The translations under genes and the position numbers were made by a program. Positions 41,649 to 50,553 of a DNA stretch of 64,000 bases are shown in pieces; the first letter of the stretch is position 1, and every line of letters starts with the position of its first letter. The DNA is from Methanomicrobiales archaeon (GTDB taxonomy: Archaea > Halobacteriota > Methanomicrobia > Methanomicrobiales > Methanospirillaceae). Under the pieces are notes generated by a model. The model had not been told where the DNA came from. It saw nothing but the letters and a program-made list of their open reading frames with translations, and searched no databases. The stretch spans positions 121,126 to 185,125 of the forward strand of contig JBAXJR010000001.1 of NCBI GenBank assembly GCA_037137755.1, given 5' to 3'.

Positions 41649-42785
41649 GAGCATTCCGAATAACCCCCCTGCCAGAAGTACTATATTTTAGAACTTCGAA
41701 AAGAATATATGGAATCTCTTGTTGATTTTGCGTTACAGGAGCGATATAAACAAGTAAAAGATCTCGGAGACCGATTGGGAGAACTGGCAACCCTCATTGA
41801 ATGGGAACCATTTCGAGAGATAGTCGGAGAGATTTACACAAATACAACAGAACAAGGAGGGCGACCCAATATCGATGTCGTTCTCATGATCAAATTACTG
41901 GTACTTCAATCGATGTACGGGTTATCCGATCCGGAACTTGAACGCCAGGCCAATGACAAGATCTCGTTTTTGAGATTTCTCGGCTTTCCCGAAAAGATTC
42001 CAGATCACACGACGGTCTGGTATTTCCGGGAACGATTATCAAAAACCGGGAAAGACAAAGCGATCTGGAACGAACTCCAAAGACAACTGGATGGTAAGGG
42101 ATTGAAGATACGGAAAGGTGTGATCCAGGATGCGACATTCATCACAGCAGATCCAGGCCATGCATCTGTAGATACTCCTCGGGGAGACGAAGCAAAAACT
42201 AGGAGGAACAAAGAAGGTACCTGGACAAAAAAGGGTAACAAGTCTTATTTTGGATTCAAACTTCACACGAAAGAAGACTGCGATTTCGGATTGATACGGG
42301 CACTTCAGACAACGACTGCATCTGTTCATGATAGCCGAATCGATCTGTCAGAAGAAGGTGAAGTGGTCTATCGGGACCGGGGTTATTTCGGTGTTGAACC
42401 GAAGGGTTTTGATGCAACTATGCAACGTGGGGTGAGAGGGCATCCGATTGGTATCAGGGATATTATCAGAAACAAACGGATTTCACGAAAACGATCTCCC
42501 GGTGAAAGACCCTACGCGGTCATCAAGAATGTGTTCCATTCCTCTCATACCCACGTGACTACGGTTGTTCGAACTCATATCAAAATGATGTTTGCTGCGT
42601 TCAGTTTTAACCTGTACCAACTGGTGACTCTGAAAAATCAGGGTGCCTTCTAGCGTACGCTTTGCAAAAATCATTTGAAAACAGGGACTATGACTAGAAA
42701 ATTTGTGTGAATAACTTACTCCCGCCCTCTATTTTGGATTTATATCGTCCTGCATCTGAATTTTCTCGGGTTTATCGGAATACTC
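41649..42785 (+). mobile_element. IS5-family insertion sequence, 1137 bp, 18-bp imperfect TIRs, 4-bp ATTA target duplication
   Basis: Left TIR GAGCATTCCGAATAACCC (41649-41666) matches the reverse complement of the right TIR, GAGTATTCCGATAAACCC (42768-42785), at 15/18. ATTA at 41645-41648 and 42786-42789. Confidence 0.93.
41709..42653 (+). CDS. IS5-family DDE transposase
   Basis: GGRP, LSDPELE, PDHTTVW.FRERL, IQDATF, FGFKLH, VHD, YRDRGY, R..GERPYAVIK. The frame is intact. Confidence 0.95.
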   Translation: MESLVDFALQERYKQVKDLGDRLGELATLIEWEPFREIVGEIYTNTTEQGGRPNIDVVLMIKLLVLQSMYGLSDPELERQANDKISFLRFLGFPEKIPDHTTVWYFRERLSKTGKDKAIWNELQRQLDGKGLKIRKGVIQDATFITADPGHASVDTPRGDEAKTRRNKEGTWTKKGNKSYFGFKLHTKEDCDFGLIRALQTTTASVHDSRIDLSEEGEVVYRDRGYFGVEPKGFDATMQRGVRGHPIGIRDIIRNKRISRKRSPGERPYAVIKNVFHSSHTHVTTVVRTHIKMMFAAFSFNLYQLVTLKNQGAF

Positions 42786-42931
42786 ATTACTCTATCCGGT
42801 GAATCATAAAATGTTTGTGGAACTAATTGATCCCACCATCTCCTGTTAATCCGAATGAGGCTGAATTTATTGACTGACCCTCATGAATAAGATTAATCCA
42901 AAGGAGCCAACCCATCAGGTAACGTATCCAA

Positions 42932-44137
42932 TTACTCTATCGATACCATCAAATCGCCCTCGTGTGGCATGTAGATCCAGTACCCGTTCATGGGGTTCAT
43001 CAATTGCTGGTCACTCTGCCCCCCGACCCCTTCGTTGAAAATTGATGTTGAGTACTGTTGCGAGACCGGGTCAAAACATAATATGGTTGACCAGGTGTTA
43101 CCAATTGAGGCGAAACCTGCACGTGCATTTCCAGGTTCGGTGGAAGGGTACCCGATAAGGTTCCAGCCTGCAGGCAGGTGCATAGAGATCGTAACAGGTT
43201 CTGCGACCTGGTACCTGAACGTCAGGGGAGATTCATTTTTTGAATAGACCCAGATGCCTTCGAGGGGAAATATTTCCGACTGTGAATTCAGGGGGATGAA
43301 TTGTTTCGACCCGGCATCATACGAAAAAAATGAGCGTGAGCCTGTATCAACCGTTGCGAAAAGCTGGCCCGCTGTATGGGACTGGTCTTTCAAAGGAAGC
43401 GGCGTGGACACAAGGTTCCATCCGGGGTGCAGGATAACCGTGCCATCTTCAGGGGCCTGTTGTCTCACACTAATATAATACGACTTTTCCAGGGATACCG
43501 ATTCATTGTTCCCAGCAGTTCCGGTTAGGGTTACATTGTACTGGCCTGCCTCATAAAAAGTATGGACAATTTTTTGGAGGTTTTTAGCTTCTGTATCCGG
43601 TATGCCGTTTTTACTGAATGTCCATACCCTTGATATGATTATACCGCCAGTGGAAAGGTCGGAGAATTCAACCTGCAACGGTGCATATCCTGACGTGACT
43701 GATGCGGTAAAATCAACAACCGGTTTGGTTGATGCGGAATTTACAACCACATAGTCAGTTTTGGTAATTGAATTTCCGCCATACCTGTTTCCTGCAGTCA
43801 ATAACACGGTATACATGCCGGGAGACTGGTAGGTATGGACGGGATTTTTGACATTTGAAGTCACACCATCCCCGAAACTCCACGCCCAATATAATGGGAC
43901 GTTGGTTGACCTGTCCGAGAAGGTGACGGTCAGGGGTGCATAACCCTGCGTTATATCCGAGTAAAAGTCTGCTGCCGGTGGGAAGTAACCATTCCCAAGG
44001 GGCCCGGGAACATCATCATACGGATTCGTATCTACTCCACACCCGGCATATGCCCATGATACCAATGCCAGACAAATAATGCATACTACTAGTACGGAAT
44101 AACGCATTCTGTTTGAACCCCGCGAGTAACTATCCAT
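42932..44137 (-). CDS. Secreted protein: 2 PKD + GWN-repeat C-domain (start may be 44107)
   Basis: Signal peptide, two PKD repeats, and LHPGWNLVSTP...GIWVY...PAGWNLIGY...GYWIYM. Confidence 0.87.
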   Translation of the reverse strand: MDSYSRGSNRMRYSVLVVCIICLALVSWAYAGCGVDTNPYDDVPGPLGNGYFPPAADFYSDITQGYAPLTVTFSDRSTNVPLYWAWSFGDGVTSNVKNPVHTYQSPGMYTVLLTAGNRYGGNSITKTDYVVVNSASTKPVVDFTASVTSGYAPLQVEFSDLSTGGIIISRVWTFSKNGIPDTEAKNLQKIVHTFYEAGQYNVTLTGTAGNNESVSLEKSYYISVRQQAPEDGTVILHPGWNLVSTPLPLKDQSHTAGQLFATVDTGSRSFFSYDAGSKQFIPLNSQSEIFPLEGIWVYSKNESPLTFRYQVAEPVTISMHLPAGWNLIGYPSTEPGNARAGFASIGNTWSTILCFDPVSQQYSTSIFNEGVGGQSDQQLMNPMNGYWIYMPHEGDLMVSIE

Positions 44138-44234
44138 TGGAAAATTATCGTATAATAAACCTTTTCACACGATCGCGATAATAGACTTCTGATATGGGAT
44201 ATAATTCTTACAACCGGTAAAAGTGCTCCACTTC

Positions 44235-44519
44235 TCATTTGCAAGGAATCTCCCCTACTTCCACCTTTACCCGGGAAGGCAACCTTGGGGATCCTGTTCG
44301 CCGACCGGAATTCCGTCGCGCAGACTCAATCATCTGGATATACTGTTCTTTGGTAAAAGGGATACTTGTCCTGTTTAAGAGAAGTGCATTGATCAAGACA
44401 CATTGTCTTTCACTCCACACTTCGTTTGGGACTGACCGCACCCAGTCAGCCGATTTTTTGACAAACCAGATCCGCTCTCGTCTATTCTGCTGACGCACTT
44501 CTGGATCAGGAGGGATCAT
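44235..44519 (-). CDS. Small basic hypothetical protein, partner of the nucleotidyltransferase
   Basis: 14-nt overlap with the upstream gene. Helical Trp-rich core RERIWFVKK.ADWVRS.PNEVWSERQ..LIN. Confidence 0.65.
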   Translation of the reverse strand: MIPPDPEVRQQNRRERIWFVKKSADWVRSVPNEVWSERQCVLINALLLNRTSIPFTKEQYIQMIESARRNSGRRTGSPRLPSRVKVEVGEIPCK

Positions 44520-45093
44520 TGTTCACTCCAAAGGATGAGCAAAAGTCTCGTAAAAGTTCTTCATCGATAAAATCCCGGGAAATCTCACGAATATAAATTG
44601 CATCCTCAATATCCTTCTCACTTCCAAGCCAAAACTTATATGCAATCTGCATTTCAAGGGGACCTATCCAGAAGGTCCTGTCATTCATAATAAGAGGGAG
44701 CCTTTTTTCAAATGAATAGGCATCAGATTCATTCCGTGTGAACTTAATTTCAATGTTAGGTATGAATGCATCTTTTTCCGATAGTCGGATTCCGGAACCA
44801 GAGATAAGGATTGAATGCAGACCATAACCATCTTCCGCATTTAAAAATTCGTACCCGCTATCTATGAATTCATCATGAAGACGAAGAAATGTAGAAATAT
44901 CGCAAACAGGTATTAAAAGATCAACATCCTCCGTGCTACGTGTCCTTCCAAACAGTATTGCCACGTATCCGCTTACGATTACATAGGGGGTGTAAGGGGT
45001 AAGGATATCGAGGACACGGCATACAAAAAGATCCAACTCAGAAAGTCGACGACCTTTTATGATAAGAGTTGTTCCCTGCTGTATGATATCCAT
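44506..45093 (-). CDS. Pol-beta-fold nucleotidyltransferase (DUF6036/AbiEii-like)
   Basis: YVIVSGYVAILFGRTRSTEDVDLL (hG.A...R.T.DhD signature) and C-terminal IAYK...KDIED. Confidence 0.8.
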   Translation of the reverse strand: MDIIQQGTTLIIKGRRLSELDLFVCRVLDILTPYTPYVIVSGYVAILFGRTRSTEDVDLLIPVCDISTFLRLHDEFIDSGYEFLNAEDGYGLHSILISGSGIRLSEKDAFIPNIEIKFTRNESDAYSFEKRLPLIMNDRTFWIGPLEMQIAYKFWLGSEKDIEDAIYIREISRDFIDEELLRDFCSSFGVNNDPS

Positions 45094-45589
45094 ATAGTTG
45101 GATCGGTATGAAGGATAATAATACTAACAGACCTTTTTGGATTTCTAAAAAACCTATCTTCACTACTATAATCTATCCTCAGGACCCCATGTTCATGGAC
45201 AGCTCTTTATTATCACCTGTCAGGAAAAACCCGGGAGATTCCAAACCTGCATCTTATACGAAAATTATCCTCCAATTACCTATTCCGGACAATTTAAATC
45301 CCAAATATTATTCAAAATCGAGATGTATACAGTAATTCAACTGTTTTCCGGCGGAATTGCTTAATACCCTGATAATGGGCCTTTTATCTCAAACCACCCT
45401 GTTTTCAACCGTTTAGGATTAATTATACCGGAGAGTAATCCCTGCATAATACTAGTATCAGGAAAATATCAATACGTTGCCTTATTTAAGTAATATACGC
45501 CTTGATTATCGCCCGGATTCGGAGAGTTGCCCTCACCCCCAGGTGGATATCACAATCCTTTATAGCTCACGGCACCCTATCACAAATTA

Positions 45590-48500
45590 ATGATCCTCGA
45601 GCAGGAAAAGATCGCGAGAATCAAGAACCTCCTCAAGTTCAAGCCAAAGGGGTTGAGCATCTCAGACATCTCCCACAGCCTGAAAATGAACCGTAACTCA
45701 GTCGCGAAATACCTCGACCTTCTTCTTGTTTCCGGCCAGGTTGAAATGCGGAGTTATGGGACTGCAAAAATATATTTTCTCTCGCACAGGGTGCCGCTCT
45801 CGGCGATGCTCTCCTTTTCATCAGACCTGGTAATCATCATCGACTCGGACTTCCGGATCATCCAGGTCAACGAAAATTTCCTTACTGCCTTTTCCATGAC
45901 CAGGGAGGCCCTTATCGGCACACCACTCCCGGACCTCCCGCTACCTTTTATAACGACACTTCCTCTTGATGATGCAATTAAGGAATCTCCTGACAGAAAG
46001 GAGATCTCGCTGAATATCCGGTACGACATATCTCCAGAAGATGGTAGTGCAGCAGTGGAGATGTTCTACCGGGTAAAACTGATCCCCACTGTTTTTGAAG
46101 AGGGGGCCCGGGACATCACCGTAATTCTTGAAAACGTAACGGAAACAACTGCGTATGAACACCAGCTCGAGGTCAGTGAAGCCAGGTACAGGAATATCGT
46201 CGAGGACCAGACGGAATTCATTTCCCGGTTCCTTCCGGATGGAACGCATCTTTTTGTAAATGAAGCATATTTGCGTTATTTTGGGAAACAACGGGAAGAT
46301 ATTCTCAATAACGTGTTCATTCCTAAAATCCCCGCTGAAGATATCCCACTGATCAGGGCCCATTTCGCCTCATTAACCCCGCAGCACCCTGTTCAAAGCA
46401 TTGATCACCGGATACGTATGCCTGACGGCATCATCCGCTGGCAGCGGTGGAGTGACCGGGCCATTTTTGACGAACAGGACCAGCTGGTTGAGTATCAGTC
46501 GGTCGGCAGGGATATCACCGACAGGATACAGGCTGAAGAAAAGGCATCGGAATACATTAAGGGTCTTGAAACACTGTCCAGGAGAATAACAGAGCTCATC
46601 GATATCACCGGGAAAGATGATATTTTCACGCGGATAGCTGAGGGGGTGGTAGAACTTATTCCAAACTCATTGGTCGTTGTCCATTCCTATGACGAGACCA
46701 CCAGCCAGTTCCTTACACGTGTGATCCTCGATGAAAGTGCGAGAGCGGAGATAGAAGCGCTTGTGGGCCGCGACCCGGTAGGAATGAGGTACCAGATATC
46801 TGACCGTCCGAGGGATAACCTGCTCTCCAGGAAACTCGTCAGGATTGATACATCGCTGTACGAGGCGGTCAATCGCTCCTTCCCACCTGAAGTATGTTCC
46901 AAACTCGAAAATACATTACATATTTCCGGAATTTATGTGATAGGGCTTGCCAGGAAAGAAAAACTGCTTGGCAGGGTAGCCCTCCTGATGAAAGGGGGAG
47001 CTATACCGCCCCGCGTGGATATTTTCGAGACCTATATCAGGGAATCATCCATCGCGCTCCAGAAGCATATCGCTGAAGAGGCATTAATAGAAAACGAGGT
47101 ACAATTCCGAAAAATCGTCGATTATTCTCCCTTCCCTATCAGTATTGTCGAAGGTTCAGGAGTAATTACCTACATCAATGAGCGGTTTACAGAGGTTTTC
47201 GGGTATACGAAAGAGGAACTCCCGACAATCAGGGACTGGCAGGTCCTTGCCTACCCGGACGAACAGGTGCGTGATGAGATGGAAGCAACCCGCCTGCGCT
47301 GGTTGTATTCATCAGCCATAGGGGAAGTGACGCAGATCCGGGCCACGGTCAAAACAAAAGAAGGGTTGTCCAGGGAGATCGAGATCCGGGCAGTCTCGAT
47401 GTCCGGTGCGAGGCAGTTTATCACGTATGAAGACATCACCGACCGTATCGATGTCGAAAAAATACGTGCAATCCATAAGTCAATCGTTGAATCGTCAGAA
47501 GAAGCAATTATAGGCAAGTCTCCGGATGGGACGATCATTTCCTGGAATAACGGTGCGGAAAAGATGTATGGGTATACGGCACTGGATAGTATCGGAAAAC
47601 CCGTCTCAATGCTAATTCCACCGGAAAACCAGGAACATTTCATCGAGGTCCTTGACAGGATACGGCAGGGGGAGCATATTGATAGCCAGGAGGCGGTCTG
47701 GAGAAAAAAGGACGGTACTCTTGTTGACATCGCACTGACCCTCTCACCCATCCGGAACGAAGAAGGGAAGATCATCGGGGTTTCCAGTATATCCAGGGAT
47801 ATCACCCGGCAGAAAAAGGATGAACGGGAACTTCTCATTAAGGGATATGCGATTGAATCATCAATAAACGGTATTGTTATCGCAGGAATGGATAACCGCG
47901 TGACCTATGCGAACCGTTCGTTTATGCGGATGTTTGGGTACACGTCGCTTGACGAGGTTATTGGTCAACCCATGGAACTCTTTGCACACGAGGACCCCCT
48001 TGAACTGAAAATCGTTCTCGAAGTAAAGAAAACCCTTGCAAAGAAGGGGGGCTGGATAGGTGAAGTACACCCAAGGAGAAAGGATGGGTCCAGGCTGGAT
48101 GCACAACTTTCCGCAAGTTTGGTCCGGGATACTTCAGGAAATCCGATGTGTATGATGGCCATGTTTGCCGATATTTCCTCCCGGGTACGGGCTGAGCATG
48201 AACTATTCCTGAAAGAGAATGCAATCTCGGCAGCGATGAATGCCATTGCAATCATTGATCTTGCCGGCAATGTCATTTATGCGAACCGTGCATTTGTCGA
48301 CATACTAGGGTACCATTCCTTAAATGATGTGATCTACCACCCTATCCAGCATTTTACTCATGGTGATACTGCAATCCTTGCGGAATTGCAAAATGTGATG
48401 GCAGAATGCCAGGACAAAAACGAGTGGAAAGGAGAAGTCAGGTTAAAAGACCGCGAAGGGAAGATCACCTTTACCGAACTGACCGTGAGACGTATCAATA

Positions 48501-49474
48501 ATTCTTTGGATAAAACCATTTATGTAATCCTTTCCTTTGTCAATATCACAGAGATCAGAGAACTCCGGAATAGGCTGAACGCAACAGACCGGGAACTTTC
48601 GGATATTATAGAGTTCCTCCCTGACCCAACATTTGTACTCGATCAATCGAAACTAATTATCGCCTGGAACAGGGCAATAGAAGATTTTACCGGCATTAAG
48701 AGGGAAATGCTTATCGGCACAGACCGGTATGCAGAAGTGTTGCAGACGGGTCCAGGGGGTATGCCGCTCATGGTTGACCTGCTTGATGTACCCCGGGATG
48801 AGATTAGTAAAAAATATCCGGGTGTGTCATTTCTCGGAACGAGTCTTATCCATGAATCAGGTATCTCTGCGAAAGAGGGTCTCCCGGTGACCTGGCATCT
48901 TCAAAAGGCATCCCCGTTACTTGATAAAGAGGGCTCTCGAATAGGGGCAATAATGGCAATCCGCGATATCACTGCTTTAAAACAGTTTGAAGTGTCTCTT
49001 CATAAGGCACATGGGGTTTCAGGAGACCTCACCAGGTCACAAATACATGAGATGTCGCTCCATCATGATACCCTTGCAAAAGAGATTGAAAGTCTTACAA
49101 TCATCAATGCCGACCAGGCCTTCTTTATTAATGCAATGAACGCTACAACAGACCTTGTCATTGTACTTGATTGTGCGAGTAAAATACAGAGATTAAATAA
49201 TGCCATGGCTTCCGTTATAGAGAACAACGGGAAAATAGAGGTGATTGGCAGGCATATCAGCAGTATTATCGCACCGGAATACCGGAAAATTGTCCTTGAT
49301 TTTATTACAGATACAGAAAAAGAAAACAATTCACTCTTGCGGTACTCCTTAATCACGAATGAAGGCAGGGTAACGGTTGAAGCATCGGTGTCTGAAATTA
49401 TAGATCACAAAGGTGAACGATCCGGGTATGTGCTGGTCCAGCGGGTGCAGAACCGGAATAAAGCAGGAAAATAA
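45590..49474 (+). CDS. wHTH + multiple PAS/PAC + GAF-like one-component sensor
   Basis: N-terminal HTH (PKGLSISDIS...MNRNSVAKYL) and about 8 PAS domains, most ending in (R/E/A/V)(D/N)(I/V)(T/S). No HisKA H-box or HATPase seen. Confidence 0.9.
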   Translation: MILEQEKIARIKNLLKFKPKGLSISDISHSLKMNRNSVAKYLDLLLVSGQVEMRSYGTAKIYFLSHRVPLSAMLSFSSDLVIIIDSDFRIIQVNENFLTAFSMTREALIGTPLPDLPLPFITTLPLDDAIKESPDRKEISLNIRYDISPEDGSAAVEMFYRVKLIPTVFEEGARDITVILENVTETTAYEHQLEVSEARYRNIVEDQTEFISRFLPDGTHLFVNEAYLRYFGKQREDILNNVFIPKIPAEDIPLIRAHFASLTPQHPVQSIDHRIRMPDGIIRWQRWSDRAIFDEQDQLVEYQSVGRDITDRIQAEEKASEYIKGLETLSRRITELIDITGKDDIFTRIAEGVVELIPNSLVVVHSYDETTSQFLTRVILDESARAEIEALVGRDPVGMRYQISDRPRDNLLSRKLVRIDTSLYEAVNRSFPPEVCSKLENTLHISGIYVIGLARKEKLLGRVALLMKGGAIPPRVDIFETYIRESSIALQKHIAEEALIENEVQFRKIVDYSPFPISIVEGSGVITYINERFTEVFGYTKEELPTIRDWQVLAYPDEQVRDEMEATRLRWLYSSAIGEVTQIRATVKTKEGLSREIEIRAVSMSGARQFITYEDITDRIDVEKIRAIHKSIVESSEEAIIGKSPDGTIISWNNGAEKMYGYTALDSIGKPVSMLIPPENQEHFIEVLDRIRQGEHIDSQEAVWRKKDGTLVDIALTLSPIRNEEGKIIGVSSISRDITRQKKDERELLIKGYAIESSINGIVIAGMDNRVTYANRSFMRMFGYTSLDEVIGQPMELFAHEDPLELKIVLEVKKTLAKKGGWIGEVHPRRKDGSRLDAQLSASLVRDTSGNPMCMMAMFADISSRVRAEHELFLKENAISAAMNAIAIIDLAGNVIYANRAFVDILGYHSLNDVIYHPIQHFTHGDTAILAELQNVMAECQDKNEWKGEVRLKDREGKITFTELTVRRINNSLDKTIYVILSFVNITEIRELRNRLNATDRELSDIIEFLPDPTFVLDQSKLIIAWNRAIEDFTGIKREMLIGTDRYAEVLQTGPGGMPLMVDLLDVPRDEISKKYPGVSFLGTSLIHESGISAKEGLPVTWHLQKASPLLDKEGSRIGAIMAIRDITALKQFEVSLHKAHGVSGDLTRSQIHEMSLHHDTLAKEIESLTIINADQAFFINAMNATTDLVIVLDCASKIQRLNNAMASVIENNGKIEVIGRHISSIIAPEYRKIVLDFITDTEKENNSLLRYSLITNEGRVTVEASVSEIIDHKGERSGYVLVQRVQNRNKAGK

Positions 49475-49627
49475 TCATTCCGTTTATCACAGGTTACTAA
49501 TCTCTTCATCACAAATTACCCAATCCTTTTCCTGATAAAAGAGAGGAGGCCTCAGCAGGAAAAAGCGCCCGGTTGTAATGGTTCAGCAGTTTGAGGGCAT
49601 CTTCATCTGCACTTTTCACCGTGTCAG

Positions 49628-49954
49628 TTATACTGATCGGATATGGGTTTTAATGCACTGCAGGCCTTCGGATTCCCCGGTTTTCCAAAGAGCTGCCGCA
49701 GTAACAAATCTTACACCCTGGTCGTGGTTTTCTGGTGAACCGATAAGATGATCACCATAACACCCGTTACCGATAGTTCCCGGAGCACCGGTTGTGTTGT
49801 AACGCACCCATTTATCTTCATCCTTTCGTGGGGGTACAAGGTACTCCACCACTGGCTTTCCCATTTTTTCTAGGGCGACCACTGACTGCCACCGTTCTGG
49901 CCTGGCTTTATCATCTTTATTCGCAATGAATTTTTGCGTGGATATTCCCCCCAT
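49628..49954 (-). pseudogene. Degenerate HEAT/PBS-lyase repeat protein
   Basis: ERWQSVVALEKMG, KDEDKWVRY and DQGVRF.TAAAL repeats, with prolines in normally helical positions (VPPRKD, GAPG, GSPE). Confidence 0.55.
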
Positions 49955-50240
49955 TCCCTCCGTATTGAGGGCATATCATTTGTGGAAGATTTGTTCTAAT
50001 GAATATTTGCCATGAGAGTATGCCATGCAGATAGCATCAATGGTGCCCGATATGCACAAGAGCATTGATAAGGACAGATCCTGTATAGTCAGATATCTGG
50101 AAAATTTTTATGTAATCCGGCAGAAAATAATTTAATTGCTGATTATTACCCGCCATATACCTTAATCGTTTGAAATTCAAGGTACAACCGGGCTATGGGT
50201 GTGCGGTGACGGAGGGATGAGGTTACGTCAGATGGTATTA

Positions 50241-50388
50241 GTTATTTAATTAACAATATTTCAATAATATTACATATTATTAGTTAATATTTACAACAAT
50301 AAATTATTATATATCAACTTATTGATTAAATAATTAAGTAATATTTATTAATTATTAATATAAATTAACAATATAATATAATAAAATT
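50241..50388. other. Extremely AT-rich non-coding tract
   Basis: 12 G/C in 148 nt by hand count (~92% AT), within coding DNA that is roughly half GC. Confidence 0.85.
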
Positions 50389-50553
50389 GCCTTTTGGTCT
50401 TGATAAGGAATTTTTAATTTCATTAGTTTTATTTAATTATGTTAAACTGACCCGGTATACCCGGGTATCGCTATCAGTATGGTACCATGGTGAAGGAAAT
50501 GCCAGTCAGGCAGATCACACCACTATTTATCGCTCTCCTGCGAACCTGTCTGC

